A DNA stretch of 64,000 nucleotides from Calditrichia bacterium (GTDB lineage Bacteria; Calditrichota; Calditrichia; JAJRVZ01). The stretch spans positions 448,001-512,000 of the forward strand of contig CAWCNS010000011.1 in NCBI GenBank assembly GCA_963796965.1. The letters run 5' to 3'. Shown here piece after piece: positions 9,183-21,329 of the stretch (its first letter is position 1; each line of letters opens with the position of its first letter). The position numbers were made by a program, and so were the translations under genes. The notes under the pieces are model-generated. The model made no database searches, had not been told where the DNA came from, and saw only the letters and a list, made by a program, of their open reading frames with translations.

Positions 9183-12118
9183 AGAATTTTAAGTGATATC
9201 ATAAATTCGTTTGACAATTTCTGGCCTTCATGAAAGGCTCCGGCATATCCCAGAGATAAAGTAGTAGACATATGCGTAAAAAATATCAATTTAAAATCTA
9301 ACTGAATACCCAAATTAGCTGTCATGCTTTTGTACGCCTCGTAATGAACATCTTCCAATATTCCTGTTGTAAAAAAACTTAACCTGGCCCAGTTTAAATA
9401 CATATTCGTAAAACCCGCCTCGCGGAAGCGGATAGGGGGGAGCGGCCATTCCATCATAAGTTTGAGATAATTCTGTGCCTCAATGCTGTTTAACTTTACC
9501 CCAGGAAAGCTATAAAATTCACGGTAACGGCTGACGCTTTTGTCATCAATCCAGTTATTACCAAAGCCACCAAGATAGTAGTTTGAAAAAGAAATATCCC
9601 GATCGCCCCTTGAAATTCCAAAGGAACTTCTCAACCATAATGAAGAATGATCAATTGGAAGAAGAATACCATAATTGACATTGAATAATAAATGAGGGAA
9701 ATACTCCGAATTTGCATAATAATTATAAGAGATCACATCTATTCCAAATCCGCACTCCTCCTCTACCGCTCCCTGAGTTCTAAGAAGGTAACTATATTTA
9801 AGAGAGGCTCCAAAAGTAATAAATCTATCCACGGGTGTTACGACGTTTTGGAAAAAAGGTAATCGATCCAGGTCAGCATAAGCGGTAACATTCACATTAA
9901 GGTCCAAAAGTCGCGGCTTTTCATAAATGATCGATTGATCATACTGCAATCCCAGAGAATAGCCTTTTCGGCTGGTTTTGGTTGGACCAAAAAGATCATA
10001 AAAATCAGCCTGATTATAAGTGGTGTTTAACTGCCAACCCCAATATCTAAATTTTAAATCTGCATGTAATCTTTCATCTGAGGATAAATTTGTATATGGT
10101 GAGTAAGATATCCTCCCTGATAATGTCACTACCCCCAGCAAATCCATCAGATCTGCACGTACACCGATTGCAGCATATTCTTTATACCCAAGGATAACGG
10201 GATAAATCGAGTTAAGAGAGAGGTTTTTTAAAGGAGAGTAAATACCATTATAGACTGTTATCGAATCGATGTTTACCTTTGCAGGGGAGTCTGCCACCCA
10301 GTCTTTTACAATGGGGTATTTATCAACAATTTTGTATCCTAAGAACTGGATGGCACTCACTTCTTCCGGCTGTTTGTTGGGAATCAGGGCCGGAACAAAA
10401 CCTTTGTCCGTATATCGAAAGATAAGGAGTGAATCACTCGAAATCGGAATTGGCCGAAAAAATCCCGTTTCGGCATTGCTCAATACCACAATATCATCAT
10501 CACTCAAATTATAACGAAATATATTTGAGACGCCCGAAAGATATGATGAACCATATAAATAGTTTCCGTCATCAGAAAAAGTGAAATTTGCGGGAGTACT
10601 ATTGCCAAAATTAATGAGCATATCGTAAGATGTATTAGAATTTAAAAGTGAATCTGTACTCATTTTGATTAACAATTGGTCCCCATTGATTTTAACTAAA
10701 GCACCTGTTAAGACTTTTCCATCCGGTGATATATCTAAATCATACATATCCTGGCCAAATGGCCAGGAATAAATCTGATTCCATTCTTTATACGGATATG
10801 GAATTCGCACGATGGTAGAGATTCCATCTTGATGTCTTATCCCCCAGACAGACTTATCATTTCGATTAAAACATAGATCTCCGGTTCGTGCATCTTTGAT
10901 GAGTACCTCAGAATTTCCTGTTTGAATATCAACCTTATTTAAATCCCGCCAATCGTTATTATCTGTCGTATAAAACAGGTAATTATTTTCCGGGTCATAT
11001 GCGAGTGATGTGACATAAAACATACCCGTCCCGGTTAAATTACAGATCTTTTTTTCGAATCCCGATATTAAATCGATCGATGATAAATAAGGAATCTGAG
11101 CTGGTCTTTTAACTGCAACATAGAGTTTCTTGTTCAATTTGTCATAATATCCGCGAGATACAGAACCAAGTGCCCTGTCCAAAATAGATCGAGAGGGTGT
11201 CGTTGGATGTTGACGGATAGAGTCCAGGTTTGATTTTTGGAATCTCTTTTCCCATTCAATCCATGCATGCCATTCCGAATCAAGGGAGTTGGAATAGATG
11301 TTTTCAAAATCGGAAGAAAAATATTTACTTCTATCTTCTGTTTTTGATATCCAATCAATTATTTTATCCGGACCGTACTGATAGGCAAGATAACTTATAA
11401 ACCGCGTGCCATAGAGATAAGAATTTACACCCATATGAAAATCAATCGTTGTGCCCTCCGATTCCAATCCGACAAAATTATAAATGTAACTACTATCACG
11501 CACCATGGTTCTGAACACCATCTCATCATATGAACCAAGGGCACGCCCCAGGCCGCCGGCCATCCAGGTTTCAAAAAAAACTGCTGTACCCTCATGGTAC
11601 CAGCGGGGCGAAAACAATCGCGGATTTGTCATATAACTGTAAATCATTGATTCAGGATTCTCTGAACTGATATTTACCTTTCCAAAAAATAATGAACGAA
11701 AGAATTGATCAGAATCAGACGCTTTGTCAGAAGCAACTATATGGACCAATTCATGATTCATTAACCAATTCATTCTTTCATTAGCCGGTGTCGTCTCATA
11801 CACATAACTAAAAGGAGCCATATAAAGTCGAATATAATTGTGGGGGATTGGAATGGCACCGGCATTCCCAAAATCACTAAAATCCTGGAAAAAAAGTGTT
11901 ATCTTTTCAGCCGATTTATAATTAAAAAACCGGCTTTCAAATCCCAGAGAATTTTCAAAGGCGCGCGCCACATAGGGTACAACGTACTCATGTGCTTTAC
12001 TTGTATATATTAAATTTAAATTATTAGTTTCAAATTTATAAAGTTGGGCTTGCCCCACAGTAATAAAAATTTGATGCATTATTAAAAAAACAAATATGAC
12101 TTTTAGTTTGCTTAACAA
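9179..12118 (-). CDS. Exported protein: gluzincin/MA-clan metallopeptidase domain + TolB-like beta-propeller + probable C-terminal outer-membrane beta-barrel
   Basis: Signal peptide; NHELVH and WYHEGTA; propeller repeats (DISPDGK, TFSDDGNYLY); alternating amphipathic strands at the C-terminus. Confidence 0.72.
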   Translation of the reverse strand: MLSKLKVIFVFLIMHQIFITVGQAQLYKFETNNLNLIYTSKAHEYVVPYVARAFENSLGFESRFFNYKSAEKITLFFQDFSDFGNAGAIPIPHNYIRLYMAPFSYVYETTPANERMNWLMNHELVHIVASDKASDSDQFFRSLFFGKVNISSENPESMIYSYMTNPRLFSPRWYHEGTAVFFETWMAGGLGRALGSYDEMVFRTMVRDSSYIYNFVGLESEGTTIDFHMGVNSYLYGTRFISYLAYQYGPDKIIDWISKTEDRSKYFSSDFENIYSNSLDSEWHAWIEWEKRFQKSNLDSIRQHPTTPSRSILDRALGSVSRGYYDKLNKKLYVAVKRPAQIPYLSSIDLISGFEKKICNLTGTGMFYVTSLAYDPENNYLFYTTDNNDWRDLNKVDIQTGNSEVLIKDARTGDLCFNRNDKSVWGIRHQDGISTIVRIPYPYKEWNQIYSWPFGQDMYDLDISPDGKVLTGALVKINGDQLLIKMSTDSLLNSNTSYDMLINFGNSTPANFTFSDDGNYLYGSSYLSGVSNIFRYNLSDDDIVVLSNAETGFFRPIPISSDSLLIFRYTDKGFVPALIPNKQPEEVSAIQFLGYKIVDKYPIVKDWVADSPAKVNIDSITVYNGIYSPLKNLSLNSIYPVILGYKEYAAIGVRADLMDLLGVVTLSGRISYSPYTNLSSDERLHADLKFRYWGWQLNTTYNQADFYDLFGPTKTSRKGYSLGLQYDQSIIYEKPRLLDLNVNVTAYADLDRLPFFQNVVTPVDRFITFGASLKYSYLLRTQGAVEEECGFGIDVISYNYYANSEYFPHLLFNVNYGILLPIDHSSLWLRSSFGISRGDRDISFSNYYLGGFGNNWIDDKSVSRYREFYSFPGVKLNSIEAQNYLKLMMEWPLPPIRFREAGFTNMYLNWARLSFFTTGILEDVHYEAYKSMTANLGIQLDFKLIFFTHMSTTLSLGYAGAFHEGQKLSNEFMISLKIL

Positions 12119-12156
12119 AATGTATTACACCAATAGTTATATTAGAAAGGAAGGAA

Positions 12157-12201
12157 AAAAATTAAAAGTGGAGACACCATCCCTGCAGCGAGGTATCTCC
12201 A
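12157..12201 (-). terminator. Rho-independent terminator between repeat gene and peptidase-barrel gene
   Basis: Minus-strand UGGAGAUACC-loop-GGUGUCUCCA (G-U wobble works only on this strand) followed by CUUUUAAUUUU. Confidence 0.65.
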
Positions 12202-12259
12202 TCACTATACAATGTTTTATAAACAGGATAACTGATACTTAAATAACCCGTATAATTCA

Positions 12260-12402
12260 TCTCTCGCAAAAACACCAAACCGCAGAGTTTATATATTAGT
12301 AATTTTTTCTCTGCGCTTTTTAAATCATGGATGATTTAATCCCGATATGTCGACAGGATGGAGACATTTTTATCGGGAGCGTCTCTGCGTCTTTGCGAGA
12401 GA
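12260..12402. repeat. Family A inverted-repeat cassette
   Basis: tctctcgcaaaaacaccaaaccgcagag ... gcgtctctgcgtctttgcgagaga. Confidence 0.75.
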
Positions 12403-12449
12403 TTTTTTATGAAGAGACCCGTATCAGCTGAATATTTAGAGATAAATCG

Positions 12450-13452
12450 TTACATCGCATCACGAAATGCATTACGAAAAGCGTCGCTTCTCATTGCATT
12501 TCGGAAAGCATCATTACTCATTGCATTACGGAAAGCATCACTTTTTAAGGCATTGCGGAAAGCGTCATTCTGCATCGCGTTACGAAAGGCCTCATTCTTC
12601 ATCGCATTACGAAAAGCATCATTTTTAATGGCATTGCGGAAAGCCTCATTCTGTACCGCATTGCGAAAGGCTTCGTTTTTTAAAGCATTACGGAAAGCGT
12701 CATTACTTAGTGCATTACGAAACGCATCATTCCTAATCGCATTGCGGAATGCTTCACTTTCCAATGCATTGCGCATCGCCTCATTTTCCATTGCTTTGCG
12801 AAAAGCCTCATTCTTCATAGCCGCCTGGAAGGCATCACTTTTCATTGCTTCCTGAAAGGCCTCGTTTTTCAAGGCATTCCGAAAGGCTTCGTTTTTCATT
12901 GCATTGCGCAGAGCGTCATTTTGGATAGCATTACGAAAAGCCTCGCTTTTAAGTGCATTACGCATTGCTTCATTCTGCATTGCCTGGCGAAAAGCCTCAT
13001 TGCTGATCGCGTTCTGAAATGCATCGCTGCGTACTGCATTCACGAAGAGCATCATTACTCATGGCATTGCGGAAGGCATCACTACTAAGGGCATTGCGAA
13101 ATGCTTCACCCTTCATCGCATCACGAAAAGCATCATTGCTTAGGGCATTACGGAATGCTTCATTTTTCATAGCCTCCTGAAACTCATCGTTACTCATAAG
13201 TTTTTGAATCTGATCGTTCTGCAGAAGATTCTGAATTTCTTCTCCTGTCAATTCCACATCATCTCCCGTTATCTGCTCCGAGCGATATTTTTGTGCTTTC
13301 TCAACACCGGCAATTGTACCGGTTACATCCTCCGCAGCAGGGGGTGGATATGTTAGCGTAAAATAGACAATTACAACAATAACAATAAACAAGCCTCCGA
13401 TGAGCAAACCCGCTCTACGGATTTTGGCAGATTTTTCTTTTGCCTCACTCAT
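12450..13452 (-). CDS. Membrane-anchored 9-aa tandem repeat protein (~333 aa after removing one extra base at 13041)
   Basis: RBS AAGGAGGA; basic N-terminus + TM helix; ~28 repeats [RQ]-N-A-[MLI]-[KSQ]-[NS]-[DE]-A-F; the two ORFs join in repeat phase. Confidence 0.85.
12453..13233 (-). repeat. 27-bp degenerate coding tandem repeat array
   Basis: Recurrent gcattNcgNaaNgc every 27 bp on the + strand. Confidence 0.9.
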
Positions 13453-13510
13453 AATGGTCCTCCTTATATTAATGTGATTTTCGCCTTTAAAATTGCTGTG
13501 ATATTATTAC

Positions 13511-13537
13511 GTACAGTTAATAATCAAATCAGTTGGA
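13511..13537 (-). promoter_or_regulatory. Putative ECF sigma promoter TCCAACT-N14-CTGTAC upstream of repeat gene
   Basis: Same boxes and spacing as at 15019-15045; AAC -35 / GTA -10 architecture typical of ECF promoters. Confidence 0.65.
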
Positions 13538-13704
13538 AAAAAAATTATATTTTTGAAGTGATCCCTCAATTAATATTTTTTTAGCAAAGGGTATAAATTG
13601 CTGTACAATTGATTATCCGGTTATTGGATTATAGATAAACCTAATTATGAAAATATTATTTTTAAAATTACATCTAATAGATTCTGCACAGATGAATCAT
13701 TCGC

Positions 13705-14475
13705 CTACCTGGTCAAAAACTCATACTCAAGTCGGTTTGAACGAGAGGGATTCACTGTAATTTTCAGGAGTGATTCTGTCTTATTATTCTTGGTGAATGA
13801 GAGGATAAACGGTTTAGTCGTTGTAATGGTAAGTTTATTTTCCTGGTGTTCAAATACAATTTTTTCGGGATCAAGTGGCCGTAAAAGAATTAACACCAAC
13901 TCCTTTGGTTGATATGAAATCTGAACCGTGAACGAATTTTCTGAAAGAAGTTTAGATTCAATCCAAACGATATTATTTGATTCCTTCATATCTACAGAGC
14001 CCGAGATCCCATATTGATCGACCTGTTTTGATTGACTGATAGGTAGATTTTTAGAATCATTAACACCGATTGAACCATTAATTTCATTTAAATTCTGGTA
14101 ATTATTAGCCGTGGGGGGGAATAAAAACAGAGGAGAAATGCAGAGACCAACGATAAACACGGCGGCATAGGCCAGAATAGTGCGAACATTTTGCTGATTA
14201 AACAAAGTGCCAAAATTAAAAATTGCTGCATTAGTCTTTTTATCCCTGGAATATAGATTAGGATCGATCTTAGATAGAATGCTATTCTTTAAATCAGCTG
14301 GTGGTTTAACTTCAGATATTTTTCGTAGAGTAATAGTGAGAGCCTGAAGTTCCTCATACATATCTCTTGCTTCTATATTATCCGCGAGGTACATTCGGAG
14401 CAAAGTTTCTTCTTTGCTCGTTATCACCCCATCGATATCTTTATGCATCATTTCTATCATCGTTGAATCTATCAT
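13705..14475 (-). CDS. Single-pass membrane anti-sigma factor
   Basis: Starts 1 nt after the ECF stop (MIDSTMIEMMHKDIDG); anti-sigma-like N-helices, PPADLKNSIL motif, one TM, extracytoplasmic beta domain. Confidence 0.75.
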   Translation of the reverse strand: MIDSTMIEMMHKDIDGVITSKEETLLRMYLADNIEARDMYEELQALTITLRKISEVKPPADLKNSILSKIDPNLYSRDKKTNAAIFNFGTLFNQQNVRTILAYAAVFIVGLCISPLFLFPPTANNYQNLNEINGSIGVNDSKNLPISQSKQVDQYGISGSVDMKESNNIVWIESKLLSENSFTVQISYQPKELVLILLRPLDPEKIVFEHQENKLTITTTKPFILSFTKNNKTESLLKITVNPSRSNRLEYEFLTR

Positions 14476-14476
14476 A

Positions 14477-15085
14477 CTAACAAATACCTCTTTCTCTAAG
14501 CACCTTCCCAAGTTGTTGGCGTGCAATAAACAGCCGTGATTTAATTGTTTTTTCAGGAAGATCCATAATCTGCGCAATCTGGTTGTAAGAGCAATTTTGA
14601 AAATGCTTAAGTATTATTAACGCTCTATATTTGGCTTCAACCTTAAGTAAGGCCTTCTGAATATTATCCGACAATTCGAGTTGTTCAAAAAACTCATCGG
14701 GCCCACTCTCTTTGGACTCATAGGTAATTGGTAATTCCTCCACGGGCTTTTTTTGATTAAGAAAATTCAAGGTTTCATTTATGGCGATACGGTACAGCCA
14801 ACTAAAAAACTTAAGTTCCGTATTGAAATAGGCCAGTTTCTCATAGACCTTGACAAATATATTCTGTGTAAGATCCCTGGCGTCCTCCGTATGATGACAC
14901 ATTCTGAAAACCACATTAAAAATCGGTTGTTGATATTTATCTATCAATGTCTCAAACGCCTGGAGATTGCCTTTCATGCATTTATTAACCAATATAGAAT
15001 CTTCGTTGCTATTCATAAGTACAGGTGTTTTTAAAATAAGTTGGATGTTTTTATTACCGGGTAGTAAATAAATTGATGGTGTCAT
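14477..15085 (-). CDS. ECF RNA polymerase sigma factor (SigW/RpoE-like); start may be 15016 or later
   Basis: Region 2 DARDLTQNIFVK...FFSWLYRIAIN; region 4 SYNQIAQIMDLPEKTIKSRLFIAR. Confidence 0.92.
   Translation of the reverse strand: MTPSIYLLPGNKNIQLILKTPVLMNSNEDSILVNKCMKGNLQAFETLIDKYQQPIFNVVFRMCHHTEDARDLTQNIFVKVYEKLAYFNTELKFFSWLYRIAINETLNFLNQKKPVEELPITYESKESGPDEFFEQLELSDNIQKALLKVEAKYRALIILKHFQNCSYNQIAQIMDLPEKTIKSRLFIARQQLGKVLRERGIC
15019..15045 (-). promoter_or_regulatory. Putative autoregulatory ECF promoter TCCAACT-N14-CTGTAC
   Basis: Immediately before the MNSNEDS start of the sigma core; identical to the 13511-13537 motif. Confidence 0.6.
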
Positions 15086-15366
15086 TCAATACGAAAAATC
15101 ATATCAAAACCAGCGTATCGAAAGACTTCCCTTATATGATTATTCAAATTTATTAATACGAGTTCCTGATCATCAGATTTCAATCTTTTTTGCGTCATCA
15201 ATAAAACACCTAGCCCGGCACTGGAGATATAGTTAAGATTTTCAAAATCCACATGGGTTGATTTTACAACTTCCTGGAAAACCTTTTTTGCACTTTCTGT
15301 TTGGGATGCATCAAATCTGCCTGTGAGTTTCACGTCATTGTGATCATCAATCATAATTTCGAACAT
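15082..15366 (-). CDS. STAS-domain anti-sigma factor antagonist
   Basis: GRFDA...VDFENLNYISSAGLG. Confidence 0.9.
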   Translation of the reverse strand: MFEIMIDDHNDVKLTGRFDASQTESAKKVFQEVVKSTHVDFENLNYISSAGLGVLLMTQKRLKSDDQELVLINLNNHIREVFRYAGFDMIFRIE

Positions 15367-15407
15367 TAGCGCTCCCTGTATGTTTTATCAATTCGACAAT
15401 ATTGTTA

Positions 15408-15773
15408 TTATTCTTCATATCTATATTCTACTTTATCGACCATCTGGTTAACAAGATGGACGCCTAATTTCCCAATTGGGCGTTTTTCAAGTTGTTGTGA
15501 TATATCATAACCCTCTGATTTTGTAGGATCAAAAGGATGAACATTAAAATCTGTTAATACGATGAGTAGATCGTGATTCTGCATTCTCAATTCTAATTCC
15601 ATGCTGCCATTTACCTTGCCATCATATTTAACCATATTTGAGAAAAGCTCTTCAACCACCAGATCGATCTGAAAATGCAATTGTGAATCCAAACCTGCCG
15701 ACTTAACAAATGTAGCGATGAAATCAAATAATTTATCTAATGATTTGAAATCTAATTTGAATATCTTTTTCAT
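15408..15773 (-). CDS. RsbW-like anti-sigma Ser kinase (HATPase_c_2); C-terminus probably lost to a +1 indel near 15411
   Basis: LVVEELFSNMVKY, PFDP, GKLGVHLV; removing one G extends the frame (NNNIVELIKH) into the STAS start. Confidence 0.85.
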   Translation of the reverse strand: MKKIFKLDFKSLDKLFDFIATFVKSAGLDSQLHFQIDLVVEELFSNMVKYDGKVNGSMELELRMQNHDLLIVLTDFNVHPFDPTKSEGYDISQQLEKRPIGKLGVHLVNQMVDKVEYRYEE

Positions 15774-15821
15774 TTCATTTGCAATGATTTAATATATATT
15801 ATGGACATGGTTGACGTGGTC

Positions 15822-15979
15822 CGACGCACAGCCGTGCGATGCTACATTCTATTTCCTCTGTTTTCCGTCTTCTTTAATCACGTCCGGACACGGTAATTGT
15901 GTTCACTATTTTCTATGCTTTACGCTTCACGATCTGCGGTGGACGGTCCACGATTCGACGCACTGCCGTGCGTCGCTAC
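15822..15979. repeat. Two direct copies of a GTAG-type REP hairpin
   Basis: cgacgcacagccgtgcgatgctac (15822-15845) and cgacgcactgccgtgcgtcgctac (15956-15979). Confidence 0.65.
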
Positions 15980-15981
15980 GA

Positions 15982-17265
15982 TTATTTAATTTTCACGACA
16001 ATCAAAACCTGATCGTCTTCTTGTCCTGTACCGGATACAAATGAGAACAAATCGCTTTTTATATGGTCAATAATTGATCTTGCAGACTGATGATCGCTAT
16101 TGCTTACGGCATCAGACAATCTTGACAAACCATACATTTCTGAATGTGCATTAAAAGCTTCCGTAATCCCATCCGTATAAATGACAATGACATCTCCACT
16201 ATCCAAAGGTATCGTTTTACATTTATATTCAAATCCAGGTAGCACATTGAGGCCACAACCCGGCCATTCGACACGGTGACATTTATTATCCTTACCGGAA
16301 TAATGAAGGACTGGATTATGACCGGCATTTGCGATTTGGAAATATTTTTTTAGTGAATCAATCACGATGATCTGCATGGTAATAAACATATCCGGAGGGA
16401 TTAAGGTGGAAAGAATATTATTCACCTGGTTAAAAATCGCTTCCGGAGATTTAATATCATGCATACTGGTATAGAGGACACCCTTCAGAAGGGTCATCAC
16501 AAGGGCGGCAGGCGGGCCATGACCGGAGACATCGGCAAGGGCCAATCCCAATTGCCCCTCCTCGGGTTGAAAAAAATCATAATAATCTCCACCGACAGCA
16601 TCAGCAGGTTGAAAATAACTGGCAATTTCACAGAAATCACTGACCGGATGATGTTCCGGTAACAGTTTATTCTGTATATCTCTGGCTAAATCCAATTGAT
16701 GTTCAAGTCGTTTTTTCTCGATGGCCTGTAATTGCAACTCAGAATTAACAATTAATTGGCCCGATTGGGCCGCGATAATGGAAAGCAGACGGAGATCGTT
16801 TTGTGAAAAGACTTCCCCCCCCTTTTTATTGGTCATCGTTAAGACACCGATGATCGTACCTTTGGAGAGAATTGGTACGCAGAGGACACTATGTATATCA
16901 CTTCTCTCTTTTTCGGTTAGTTTAAAGCGGGAATCTTCTTTTAAATTTTCAATGATAAGCGATTGTTTGTTTTTCAGAACCCAGCCAGTGATATAGGAAC
17001 TTACACGCTGGATATTGAAATCATCTGAACTATTATCTTTTCTGATAAGTGTTTTCAGGGGATTCTCGTCCAGGCTGGTTACAAGCATGATGGCCCCTTG
17101 TTCGGCTTTGACAGATTTGACCGATTTTTTTACAATGGTGTCCAGGACCTGGTTAACCTCCAGGGATGTACTCGCAGCCAAAGCAAGCTCATTAAGGAGT
17201 GTAAGTTCATCAACGGCAGATTTTAACCGCTGAATTTCTTTTTCAAGATTTCTTTCAGACGGCAT
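15982..17265 (-). CDS. GAF + SpoIIE (PP2C/RsbU-like) phosphatase
   Basis: GAF; VGGDYYD, ADVSGHG, YTDGITE, DDQ. Confidence 0.92.
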   Translation of the reverse strand: MPSERNLEKEIQRLKSAVDELTLLNELALAASTSLEVNQVLDTIVKKSVKSVKAEQGAIMLVTSLDENPLKTLIRKDNSSDDFNIQRVSSYITGWVLKNKQSLIIENLKEDSRFKLTEKERSDIHSVLCVPILSKGTIIGVLTMTNKKGGEVFSQNDLRLLSIIAAQSGQLIVNSELQLQAIEKKRLEHQLDLARDIQNKLLPEHHPVSDFCEIASYFQPADAVGGDYYDFFQPEEGQLGLALADVSGHGPPAALVMTLLKGVLYTSMHDIKSPEAIFNQVNNILSTLIPPDMFITMQIIVIDSLKKYFQIANAGHNPVLHYSGKDNKCHRVEWPGCGLNVLPGFEYKCKTIPLDSGDVIVIYTDGITEAFNAHSEMYGLSRLSDAVSNSDHQSARSIIDHIKSDLFSFVSGTGQEDDQVLIVVKIK

Positions 17266-17364
17266 GACAAGTCAATTGTTTGGATGAATGTTAGTGTTAT
17301 CAGACTGGAAGGAGTAGATAGTGATAAATATAAGAAAAAATAGGGTAAATACAATTAGAATATT

Positions 17365-17495
17365 CAATAGTCAATGGTCAATTCTTAATGATCAATAAAT
17401 AATTAACAATTTGTGGGTATATTTGGTCTAGCCAATTTCCAAATCGAAATGTCAAATCAATTCCCAATCCCAAATTCCCAATTCCATATCTCAAT
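17365..17495. repeat. 7-bp periodic low-complexity arrays
   Basis: caatagt/caatggt/caattct; aaatgtc/aattccc/aatccca units. Confidence 0.6.
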
Positions 17496-21283
<3,788 letters not shown>

Positions 21284-21329
21284 TCATAAATCGCAATCAG
21301 TAAATTATACTTATTTGAATGACAAATTT

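Noticed and set aside
12358..12855. Plus-strand ORF with LRKASF repeats
   Set aside because: Antisense shadow of the 27-bp coding repeat; starts inside a repeat cassette; the minus strand has the RBS, TM anchor and operon context
12453..13233. Possible CRISPR array
   Set aside because: Contiguous 27-bp units varying at synonymous positions, no unique spacers, no cas genes
14476..14577. N-terminal extension of the anti-sigma ORF
   Set aside because: Overlaps the sigma 3' end; ATG at 14475 directly after the sigma stop is more plausible
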